Shown here: positions 17,276 through 25,350 of the stretch, piece after piece | How positions within the stretch are numbered: the stretch's first letter is position 1 | How the letters are laid out: every line of letters starts with the position of its first letter | DNA from: Actinomycetota bacterium | GTDB lineage: Bacteria > Actinomycetota > Actinomycetes > Mycobacteriales > JACQDL01 | Assembly: GCA_016201065.1 (NCBI GenBank) | Contig: JACQDL010000011.1 | Coordinates: 13,772-77,771, forward strand | Length of the DNA stretch: 64,000 bases | Reading direction: 5' to 3' | The notes under the pieces: model-generated | What the model was told of the DNA's origin: nothing | Databases searched by the model: none | The model's input: the letters and a program-made list of their open reading frames with translations, nothing else | Position numbers and translations under genes: made by a program

Positions 17276-19252
17276 TCACCCTGTCACCTTGCCCAGCAGT
17301 TTCTGGATCTGCGCCTCCAGGTCCCGCAGTTCGACGTCGATCTCCGCCAGCGGCCGGGGCGGCGTGTAGACGTAGAAGTGACGGGTGAAGGGGATCTCGT
17401 AGCCAACCTTGGTCTTCTCGCGGTCGATCCACGCATCTGGGACATGCGGAGTCACCTCCCGCTGGAAGTACTCCTCGATGTCCTCGTCGAGCGGAATGTT
17501 CTCATAGTCGCGCAGGTCTGGGTCGGGCAGCACCTGGCCCTTGGCCCTTTGCACCTCGCCTTCGGGATCAGAGACTGCCACGGCGCCCCAGATTCCTTTG
17601 AGGATCGACTGGGTCGAAGGCCAGAACACACCGGCCCTACGCCCGGCGGCGCGTAGGGCGTCGCTAGCTTCGGCCTTCGTCCACCACGTCGTGCCAAGGA
17701 GGGGACGTACTGCCCCGAGAAAGGCGTCTCGCTGCTCCCATTTCCCGAGCGGTTTCGCGTGTTCGAGGGCAGCGAGGGTGTCCTCGGTGATCTCGAAGCG
17801 CTGCTTGAGAGGACGCTCAACGGTGATCCGGTGGTAGCCGAAGTCGCGAGTACGGAACACCTTGACCCTCCCGTGGTCGGGGTGTTCGGGGTCGGCCGCG
17901 ATGGCGAGCGCGTTGCCGTAGACGGTGGTGATGTGATCGATCTGGGCGTCGCTGATGAGTTTGCGCTTGTCGCCCAGTGATTTGCGCATCTTTTCCCACT
18001 GGTCCCGGGCATCGAGCAGGATCACCTTGTCGCGCAACACTGGGGATTTGCGGTTGGAGAGGATCCAGAAGTAGGTGGAGATGCCTGTGTTGTAGAACAG
18101 CTGGTCGGGCAGGGCGACGATGCCTTCCAGGAGATCGTTCTCAAGGATCCACTGTCTGATGCGTGACTCGCCTGAGCCAGCGGCCCCGGTGAACAGGGGT
18201 GATCCGTTGAAGACGATGGCGAGACGGCAGCCCTTGCCCTCGATCGGCTCCATCTTGGAGATCATGTGTTGGAGGAAGAGGAACGACCCGTCGTTGATCC
18301 GCGGCAATCCGGCCCCGAACCGACCCGCATGGCCCTGTTCCGCCTCGCGTTCGACAGTGTCCTTGACCTTCTTCCACTCCACCCCGAAAGGTGGATTGGC
18401 GAGCATGTAATCGAACGTCTTGCCCTGGTGCGCGGGCGCGCTGAAGGTGTTACCGAAGGCGATCGTGCCGCGGTGTTCGCTGATCAACATGTCTGCCTGA
18501 CAGATCGCCCACGACTCCCCGTTAACCTCCTGTCCGAACAGGTACACCTCCGCCTTCGGGTTGATCTCCTTGATGCGGTCCTCGGCCGCGGTGAGTATCC
18601 CACCGGTCCCGCAGGCCGGGTCCAGGATGTTGATTACCTGCCCGTCTCCGGCCACCGTGTCCGAGTCCGGTGCGATGAGGAGGTTCACCATGAGCTTGAT
18701 GACCTCGCGGGGGGTGAAGTGCTCACCGGCGGTCTCGTTGGAGTCCTCAGCGAACTTGCGGATCAGGTGCTCGAAGACATACCCCATGTCGTGGTTGGAC
18801 AGCTTGTCCAGGTCCCGCATCGCGGCGAACCGCCCCACGACCTGATAGAGGAGTTTCGCCCCCATCAGGCGTGTGATCTGTTCATCCAGCTGGAACCGCT
18901 TCAGGATGTCCTGGACGTTCGGGGAGAAACCGTTGACGTAGTCGCGGAGGTTCTTCGCGGTTCGGGCCGCATCCGCCGCGATCGACTCGAAGTCCTGGCT
19001 GGAGACGTTGTAGAAGGGTAGCTTCGCCGCGCGGGTCAGGAGCGGATGCTTGTTCTCGATGCCGGCGCTGTGCTTGTTGCGTTCGTGGACCGCATCCCGG
19101 GTCGGCGCCATCACCGAGTCCAGGCGACGCAGCAGCGTGAACGGCAAGATGGCCTGACCGTACTCGTGGCGCTTGTAGTCACCACGCAGCAGGTCGGCAA
19201 CGGCCCAGATCTCGCTGGCCATCCGAGTGTGGCTCGGACCGGAACTGGTCAC
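17276..19252 (-). CDS. hsdM: Type I R-M DNA methyltransferase subunit
   Basis: 658 aa. Motif I ILDPACGTGGIL and motif IV DYMLANPPFGVEW, with an HsdM N-terminal domain. The start overlaps the upstream gene's stop (ATGA at 19249-19252). Confidence 0.95.
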   Translation of the reverse strand: MTSSGPSHTRMASEIWAVADLLRGDYKRHEYGQAILPFTLLRRLDSVMAPTRDAVHERNKHSAGIENKHPLLTRAAKLPFYNVSSQDFESIAADAARTAKNLRDYVNGFSPNVQDILKRFQLDEQITRLMGAKLLYQVVGRFAAMRDLDKLSNHDMGYVFEHLIRKFAEDSNETAGEHFTPREVIKLMVNLLIAPDSDTVAGDGQVINILDPACGTGGILTAAEDRIKEINPKAEVYLFGQEVNGESWAICQADMLISEHRGTIAFGNTFSAPAHQGKTFDYMLANPPFGVEWKKVKDTVEREAEQGHAGRFGAGLPRINDGSFLFLQHMISKMEPIEGKGCRLAIVFNGSPLFTGAAGSGESRIRQWILENDLLEGIVALPDQLFYNTGISTYFWILSNRKSPVLRDKVILLDARDQWEKMRKSLGDKRKLISDAQIDHITTVYGNALAIAADPEHPDHGRVKVFRTRDFGYHRITVERPLKQRFEITEDTLAALEHAKPLGKWEQRDAFLGAVRPLLGTTWWTKAEASDALRAAGRRAGVFWPSTQSILKGIWGAVAVSDPEGEVQRAKGQVLPDPDLRDYENIPLDEDIEEYFQREVTPHVPDAWIDREKTKVGYEIPFTRHFYVYTPPRPLAEIDVELRDLEAQIQKLLGKVTG

Positions 19253-20952
19253 GTCGTTCCCCTTAGCTTCTTATCGGTCTCAGTATCGATAGTCTCGCCC
19301 GGGCCCACCGCTGCCGGCATCAGGGCTCCGGTGGTCAAGCCGTATATAGTCTGGTCCAGGATCGCTCGGGTCACCCCAGCCAGACGGTCCGCCACCATCT
19401 CCAACTGCTCCAGCAGCCGGAAGGCGTCTCCGTAGCGACGCTGCTCGGCCAGGGTCAACCGTGGTATCCGGCAGCGTCGCACGTCGTCGCGGGTCAGCGC
19501 GCCGTGGGTGTTCGCCACCGGCGCCGCCAACGCGTCGGTCCGCACGAACCGTGCAACAAAATGCGGATCCAGGCGGTCGGTGTCGATTCCGATCACTTGG
19601 GCGATGCCCCGTTCGTCCTCCGGCGTCCCGCGGGCCACGACCGGTTCGCGCCCCATGGTGCGAAACAGCAGATCACCCGCCCGGGGAGTGGCATCCCGTG
19701 GCAGGATCGTGAGCGCCTTGGACCGTTCCAGCTCACCCAACGTCACCTCAGGAAATCGTGGTGGCACGCCCGGCGCCACTGGCCTCGGTAGTGCCTGTCC
19801 GAGCTTGGCGTGCAGCCTCGCCACCCGATGGGTGAACTGCCCGAGGTCGGCGACCGACTCACCGAACCGGGCCCGCAGGTACCGCGACGGCACCAGCGGC
19901 ACCTCACCATCCAACAGCTCCGCCTGCGGCACCACCCGCGCCACCGGCGCGTGATCCCCGGCCCACAGCGCGTGCCAGGCCGCGTGCACCTGCGGCACGT
20001 CCGCAGCAGCACCGACCCCGGTCAGATCCACCATCCGCACACCCCGTGCGACACCGCCACGCTGTAGCACCCACAGGTGCACCGCACCCGCACCGGAGGG
20101 TGTCAAGCCCTCCGGCAATGCGATGACCGCACGTAGCACCCCAGCCCGCACCAACGCATCCCGCACGTGACGGCCGGAAGGACGCACCCCCGTCACCGCC
20201 GGCACCATCACCACAGCCATCCCACGCGGACGCAGGTGCCCCAGGCAGTGCTGCACCCACGCCAACTCCGGATCGGCCGGATCGGGCAGGCCGTACCGCC
20301 ACCGTGGATCGGCGGCAAGGTCCGGCGCGGGCCACTGCCGCACCGATGGCGGCGGGATGCACACCACCGCGCGTGCGGTCGCGCGGGACGCGGCGAACCG
20401 GTCCGCCTGCAGCGCATCACCCACCCGAACATCCGCATCGAGGCCAGACAGCGATCGGCGCACCGCCTCGGCGTGGACCTCATCCGGGGCCTGCCCAGCA
20501 AGGCGCACATGGTCACCGAACCGCTCGGCTACCGCCGTGAGGACAATCGCGTCCCGGCACGCCGGATCCAACACGACTGGGGGGTCCACCTCGTCGCCGG
20601 GACGATCGGTATCACCCAGGCGGGGCAACAGGGACACCACCACGCGCGCTAGCAGCTCCGGCGGGGTCAACGCTGTCGGGCCACGATCGGGATTCCCTGG
20701 CGGCGATGCGTCACCGAGCTGCTGCGTCCCGGTGCTGGTACGGCCCTCCGCCGCAAGCTGCTCCGCCTTCCCCGTGTCCACGAGCCACTGCTGCACAGCG
20801 GCCCAGGAGAACAACGGGCTGTTGGGCCCACCCGCGACGGGCTGCGGGAATTCGGGATACCGCCTGCGCCAGTTCGCCACCGCCGCTCGGCCAACACCGA
20901 CCCGCCGGGCGATCCATGCGGCGGTGACGGCGCCCGAGACCTCACTGTTCAC
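19249..20952 (-). CDS. HTH + N6-methyltransferase-like (degenerate motifs) + HsdS-like TRD fusion protein
   Basis: 567 aa, GTG start. N-terminal HTH (VTAAWIARRVGVGRAAVANWRRRYPEFPQP). The central gamma-class MTase-like fold has motif I as VLDPACRDAIVL (no GxG) and motif IV as VVCIPPPSV (no NPPF/Y). The C-terminal half-TRD with conserved helix reads CRIPRLTLAEQRRYGDAFRLLEQL. Confidence 0.7.
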   Translation of the reverse strand: MNSEVSGAVTAAWIARRVGVGRAAVANWRRRYPEFPQPVAGGPNSPLFSWAAVQQWLVDTGKAEQLAAEGRTSTGTQQLGDASPPGNPDRGPTALTPPELLARVVVSLLPRLGDTDRPGDEVDPPVVLDPACRDAIVLTAVAERFGDHVRLAGQAPDEVHAEAVRRSLSGLDADVRVGDALQADRFAASRATARAVVCIPPPSVRQWPAPDLAADPRWRYGLPDPADPELAWVQHCLGHLRPRGMAVVMVPAVTGVRPSGRHVRDALVRAGVLRAVIALPEGLTPSGAGAVHLWVLQRGGVARGVRMVDLTGVGAAADVPQVHAAWHALWAGDHAPVARVVPQAELLDGEVPLVPSRYLRARFGESVADLGQFTHRVARLHAKLGQALPRPVAPGVPPRFPEVTLGELERSKALTILPRDATPRAGDLLFRTMGREPVVARGTPEDERGIAQVIGIDTDRLDPHFVARFVRTDALAAPVANTHGALTRDDVRRCRIPRLTLAEQRRYGDAFRLLEQLEMVADRLAGVTRAILDQTIYGLTTGALMPAAVGPGETIDTETDKKLRGTT

Positions 20953-20990
20953 ACTTAGACCGTATCACGTCGTTAGTTGGTCTGTGAACA
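20946..20990. promoter_or_regulatory. Inverted repeat spanning the start codon of the HTH-methylase-like gene
   Basis: TGTTCACA at 20946-20953 and TGTGAACA at 20983-20990 form a perfect 8-bp inverted repeat. Extra GACC/GGTC pairing lies in the AT-richer divergent intergenic region. The GTG start (20952) sits inside the left arm. Confidence 0.3.
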
Positions 20991-21122
20991 TCTTACAAAC
21001 GCTCACATGATGCTACGGTGTCTCCGTCGTTGCACGCGGTCCTCCCGCCATCCGGGCCGCGAAGCACGGCCCCATCAGGACCGGAGCTGATCCGGTTCGA
21101 GACCACGAAAGGAACCCACGCC

Positions 21123-22829
21123 ATGCCAAACAGCAGCTCGCACCAGCGCCATCGGGTGCGCCACAAGCAGCGGCGCACGGCCGTCGCGCCCACCCGCCCG
21201 GTCACCCTGCACCGGCTGCTTGAGGGCAGCAGCTTCGACGACGCACTGGACTACCTCGAAGACCAAGCGCTGGAGGACCTCGATGCGAACGTGGACTTCG
21301 TGGAACTGCCCGGATCGCGTGCACTGTTCGTGCATGCCCAGGAGCCCGCCCGACCGGCGGAGTGGTGCGCCCAGGCGAGCATCACGACCGGGATCGACGT
21401 TCGCTATGCCACCCGCGGCGCCGGAGGTCTCCTGATCTTCCAGCTCGACGGCGACGTGTACGCCCTCGGCTACGGCAAGGGCCACCTCTGGCTCAGCGAC
21501 GCGGTGAAGGACCCGCGTTTCGGCCTCCACTACGCCATCCGCAGCGTGGACGCCGACCAGATCCTCGACGTAGTGCGTCGACTACCCGGCGCACGAGGCC
21601 GCACCGACAGCACCCTCGTTCCCGGTGGCACCACAGTCTGGCAGCTTGGGATCGAGCGCCATGCCGAGATCGTCCGCCGGATCGGCGGCCTGGTCGAGAA
21701 CAGCTCCTTGACCTTCGCGCGGGCCCGCGGGCGCTCGGTCAAGGTCGCCGGTGCCTGCGGGCTACATCTGCGCCTGGGCGTGAAGCCGGCGGACCTCGTA
21801 TCGGACGTACGCGAGATCGCCGCCGTATGCCTCCGCCAGGTCCCACACCCCGACCTTGCATTCGTGGAGAACGTCACGCCCGTCACCAGCCAGGCCCTCA
21901 TCGCGGACCTGAACACGCAGCTCGACACGCTCCTCGGCGAGGTCACCCCCGCTGTGGACCGGCTCACGGTCACAGTCCCCGATGCCGCCCTGCCACACCT
22001 GGCGGACGCCCACGGGTTCGCTGTGCGCATCGGCAGCGCCACCAGGAGGCTCACCGATCTACACCGCGAAGACGTACTCGACCGGACCCGGCTGCAGCCG
22101 CCTGGTCGGCGCATCGACGGCCTACGAGCAGGGTGGATCGGCCTGTTGGCTGAGGACACGGGCACCCGGTCCCTGGGCAGATCATCGGCGTTGAAGTGGA
22201 TCGAAGCCACCGCGTCAGTGGGCCCGCGCCGGTTCTTCCTGCTGGAGGGCCAGTGGTACGAGTTCGGTGCCACCTATCTTGAGGAGGTCCGCGACTACAT
22301 CGGCGGCCTGCTGAATCGCGGCGCCCCCACCCTCGACCTGCCCGCCTGGCGCCCCGATATGAAGGAGAAGGACTACAACCTTTACGTAGCCGACGTGCGG
22401 CGCAGCCAGTATCTCTGCCTCGACCGGCGCGGAGTTACCACTCGCCTACACCGCACACACGGCGTCGAAATCTGCGATCTACTCGGCCCGAACGACGAAC
22501 TCATCCACGTCAAGCGCGCCAGCGGATCTCCGCCGCTCAGCCATCTCTTCGCGCAAGGCCAAGTCGCCGCCGAGACTCTGATCAACTCGCCCGAGGCCCG
22601 GCGTTCCTTCTCCAAGCTCGTGGGCACCGCTGGCCGGGGCCGCACGATCCCGGAAGACTTCACCCCCAAGAAGATCGTCTACGCCATCCTGCTCAAGAAC
22701 GGCGAGGCCCTGACACCGGATACCCTGTTCCCGTTCTCACAGGTCGCTCTCCGCCAAGCCAGCATCTCCCTCCGGGGAAAGACCGAGGTGGAGATCATCC
22801 CGATCCACTTGGCGCAGCCCGGCCCATGA
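21123..22829 (+). CDS. TIGR04141/DUF6119-like sporadically distributed protein with putative PD-(D/E)xK-like C-terminal core
   Basis: ATG at 21123 is preceded by gaaagga. The C-terminal signature is YNLYVADVRRSQYLCLDRRGV...GVEICDLLGPNDELIHVKRASGSPPLSHLFAQGQVAAETL, matching the pattern I recall for TIGR04141. It lies divergent to the R-M operon. Confidence 0.65.
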   Translation: MPNSSSHQRHRVRHKQRRTAVAPTRPVTLHRLLEGSSFDDALDYLEDQALEDLDANVDFVELPGSRALFVHAQEPARPAEWCAQASITTGIDVRYATRGAGGLLIFQLDGDVYALGYGKGHLWLSDAVKDPRFGLHYAIRSVDADQILDVVRRLPGARGRTDSTLVPGGTTVWQLGIERHAEIVRRIGGLVENSSLTFARARGRSVKVAGACGLHLRLGVKPADLVSDVREIAAVCLRQVPHPDLAFVENVTPVTSQALIADLNTQLDTLLGEVTPAVDRLTVTVPDAALPHLADAHGFAVRIGSATRRLTDLHREDVLDRTRLQPPGRRIDGLRAGWIGLLAEDTGTRSLGRSSALKWIEATASVGPRRFFLLEGQWYEFGATYLEEVRDYIGGLLNRGAPTLDLPAWRPDMKEKDYNLYVADVRRSQYLCLDRRGVTTRLHRTHGVEICDLLGPNDELIHVKRASGSPPLSHLFAQGQVAAETLINSPEARRSFSKLVGTAGRGRTIPEDFTPKKIVYAILLKNGEALTPDTLFPFSQVALRQASISLRGKTEVEIIPIHLAQPGP

Positions 22830-23259
22830 TCCGCACTCACCAGTTCGCGAAGCCCGTTCAACCAGGCAGCACGAAGCACTCGTCGACGACCAATACGCCC
22901 CGCGATGCCTGCTCAACAGCCATTTCCCTTGTCGCGCTACCCCTGCCGGGGGCACTCACCTGCGCGCTGGGGCGAGCTGCCTGGCTGACCGCGAATCCTG
23001 GTCATCCAGTCCTCGATCTGAAGGCTCCCACCGGCGATCCATCCAGGATGGTCTAGGCGACCCGCCATCCTACGAGCGCGCGACGTGGCGTTCGCGGGCC
23101 ACGGGAAGTCGCAGCTCAGGGCCGCGCACCACGGGTAGGGTGTTCTTATGCCGTAACCTCGTCTCCACCGATTGAACCGTCTGGCGATCCGTTGGTCTCC
23201 GGTGGTCGTGGGAGTTGGGGCGTCGCGCAGCGCGGCGCGCCATGCGACGATCAGCGGCG

Positions 23260-24081
23260 ATGATGCCGCCTGACAACCACGTCCACTCCGAGTGGTCGTA
23301 CGACGCCGCCGCCTGGGGGTCGATGGATCGGACCTGCGCTCGGGCGATCGAGCTGGGTCTGCCGTCCGTCGCGTTCACCGAGCATGTTGACTTCACCGCA
23401 TGGGGGGCGGGTGACCGGCCCCGTACGCCGGCGCCGTCCATCGACGAGCGCGACTCGGTCCGCCCGCTCGACATCGTCGGCTATCACGAATCAGTGCGGC
23501 ACTGCCGCGACCGATATCCAGATTTGCGAATCCTGTCCGGTATCGAGGCCGGTGAGCCGCACCTCTTCGCGGGCAGCGTCGCGGCGGTGCTCGGTGCCGG
23601 GCCATTCGACCGGGTCCTCGGTTCGTTGCACTCGGTCCACCACGAGGGACTGCTGATCGATCCTCCGCCGCTGTTTCGGGTCCTCGCCCCCGAGGTCGGG
23701 ATGCGCCGCTACCTCACCGAGATGATCGACATGATCGAGGGTAGCGACGTGTTCGAGATCCTGGCTCATGTTGACTAACCGCGCCGGTACTGGCCAGCCG
23801 GTGCCACGCCGTTCGACGAGCGGGACTACGAGGAGGAATACCGCATGGTGTTCCGTACCCTCGCCGGGACCGGTCGGGTGCTGGAGATCAACACCTGCGG
23901 CCCGCTGGCGTCTGTGCGGCTGGTGCGCTGGTGGCGGGAGGAAGGAGGAGACGCCGTGTCGTTCGGCAGCGACGCCCACTCCCCCACACGGGTGGGTGCC
24001 GATTTCGACGTTGCGGTGGCCGTCGTGGAGCAGGTCGGATTCCGGCCCGGCCGCGACCCGTTCGACTTCTGGTACCGGTAG
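23260..24081 (+). pseudogene. PHP-family (histidinol-phosphatase-like) phosphoesterase with in-frame TAA stop
   Basis: N-terminal HVHSEWSYD, and later EILAHVD followed by TAA at 23776-23778. The same frame then continues PRRYWPAGATPFDE...VLEINTCG...VSFGSDAHSP to 24081. ORFs 23215..23778 and 23845..24081 share one frame. Confidence 0.75.
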
Positions 24082-24165
24082 CGCCCTCGCGTGGGCAGCA
24101 CCCCGCCCCACCCGAGGTCGCCTAGGCTGTCGCTGCTCATCCGGATCGTCACCCGAGGAGTGGTC

Positions 24166-24840
24166 GTGCGGCTCGGTCCCGCGTTGCCGGCGCTTGTCAC
24201 CGTGGCCCTGTTCGGCGGTTGCGCGAACACCGCGCAGCGGCCCAGCCTCATCGAGGCCAGCCCGACGTCGGTGGCCACGTCGCCCTCGCCGGCGCCGCGC
24301 GCGACCCGCTCCGAGCCGGTGGTCACTCGGGACGGACCATGCCCCTACTTCGACATCGACTTCGCCGCGCAGACCATCGGTCAGCACCTCGGTCGAAGCA
24401 CGGTGACCACCGCACGCCCGTACCCCGGCTGCACGCTCTACCGACCGGACGGCGCGCCCGCGGTCCGGATACAACTGCGGGCCATGCCGACCATCGCCCA
24501 GGCCCAGGAGCTGGCCGTCGCCGGTCTCGGGCCCGGCGCGAACCCGGTCAGCGGAGTCGGCGACCGGGGCACCGTCCTTGTCGTACCGGACGGCACGCGG
24601 CTGCTCGTCAGCAGGGGGCGGGTCCTGGTCGATCTCTGGATCAACCAGCAGAGCTCGCTGCAAGCGAGCGACCTGGCCGCGGCCGCGCTCAGGTGGCTCG
24701 GCCAGGGCTGGACCCGTCGGGTCGTCGGGCTCGCTCATCGTGAGAGGATGGGCAGGATCGACGGTAATGACGCCGGACCGAGGAGCTGGAGTGGCGCAGT
24801 ACGGGATCTTGCACACCAACCGTGGCGACATCCGTCTTGA
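24166..24840 (+). CDS. Putative lipoprotein
   Basis: A GTG at 24166 lies 5 nt after gaggag. Signal peptide with lipobox: LPALVTVALFGGCAN. The C-terminal ~25 codons overlap the ppiA start, so the end is uncertain. Confidence 0.5.
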   Translation: MRLGPALPALVTVALFGGCANTAQRPSLIEASPTSVATSPSPAPRATRSEPVVTRDGPCPYFDIDFAAQTIGQHLGRSTVTTARPYPGCTLYRPDGAPAVRIQLRAMPTIAQAQELAVAGLGPGANPVSGVGDRGTVLVVPDGTRLLVSRGRVLVDLWINQQSSLQASDLAAAALRWLGQGWTRRVVGLAHRERMGRIDGNDAGPRSWSGAVRDLAHQPWRHPS

Positions 24841-25315
24841 GCTGTTCCCTGATCACGCGCCCAAGACGGTGCGCAACTTCGTCGAGCTCGCCGAGGGTGG
24901 GCGCGAGTGGACAGACCCCCGTACCGGCGCGAAGAGCACGGAACGGCTCTACGACGGCACCGTGTTCCATCGGGTCATCAAGGGATTCATGATCCAGGGT
25001 GGTGACCCGACCGGGACCGGCCGGGGCGGTCCCGGGTACCGGTTCGCTGACGAGATCCACCCCGATCTCGCCTTCACCCGGCCGTACCTGCTCGCCATGG
25101 CGAACTCGGGTCCGGGCACCAACGGCTGCCAGTTCTTCATCACGCTCGCGCCGACGAGCTGGCTCAACACCCGGCACACCATCTTCGGTGAGGTCGCCGA
25201 CTCCGCCGGGCGGGCCGTGGTCGACGCGATCGGGGTAACCGACACCGACGGCAATGACCGGCCGGTGGAGGACGTGGTCATCAACTCGGTGACCATCGAG
25301 AGTTCCGCCGGCTGA
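24767..25315 (+). CDS. ppiA: Peptidyl-prolyl cis-trans isomerase (cyclophilin type)
   Basis: Cyclophilin motifs HTNRGDIRLELF, FHRVIKGFMIQGGDPTGTGRGGPGY and MANSGPGTNGCQFFIT. The start is ATG 24767, or GTG near 24791. Confidence 0.9.
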   Translation: MTPDRGAGVAQYGILHTNRGDIRLELFPDHAPKTVRNFVELAEGGREWTDPRTGAKSTERLYDGTVFHRVIKGFMIQGGDPTGTGRGGPGYRFADEIHPDLAFTRPYLLAMANSGPGTNGCQFFITLAPTSWLNTRHTIFGEVADSAGRAVVDAIGVTDTDGNDRPVEDVVINSVTIESSAG

Positions 25316-25350
25316 CCGACGGCTGACCGTCGCGAATCGCGGATCCGAGG

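Larger units (their letters stand above)
14357..17279 (-). pseudogene. hsdS: Type I R-M specificity subunit, interrupted by an IS66-family element
   Basis: The 5' part (17279..16256) has a GTG start overlapping the hsdM stop (GTGA) and carries TRD-like sequence. The 3' part (14552..14357) reads ...FGSIAVPRVHPMEQREIGNAIRV...ERRQAVITAAVTGQLD... once the IS and one TSD copy are removed. That reading is in frame and ends in a TGA overlapping the hsdR ATG. The reconstructed protein is 403 aa. Confidence 0.85.

Noticed and set aside
22830-23215. 386-bp gap at the island/core boundary, scanned for a tRNA fragment, att repeat, integrase remnant or small gene.
   Set aside because: No T-loop-like GGTTCGAATCC-type sequence, direct repeat or convincing ORF was seen by eye. 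The boundary mechanism cannot be called.
23491-24831. 446-aa minus-strand ORF across the PHP and lipoprotein genes. Similar long ORFs occur at 24949..26052, 45246..46553, 48000..49178 and 55935..57560.
   Set aside because: All are antisense or alternate-frame to genes with recognisable motifs and have GC-artefact composition.
25309-25335. Direct repeat GGCTGACCGAC GGCTGACCGTC just after the ppiA stop.
   Set aside because: It is two short imperfect copies with no stem-loop potential. This is likely a chance or slippage product and not a supported feature.
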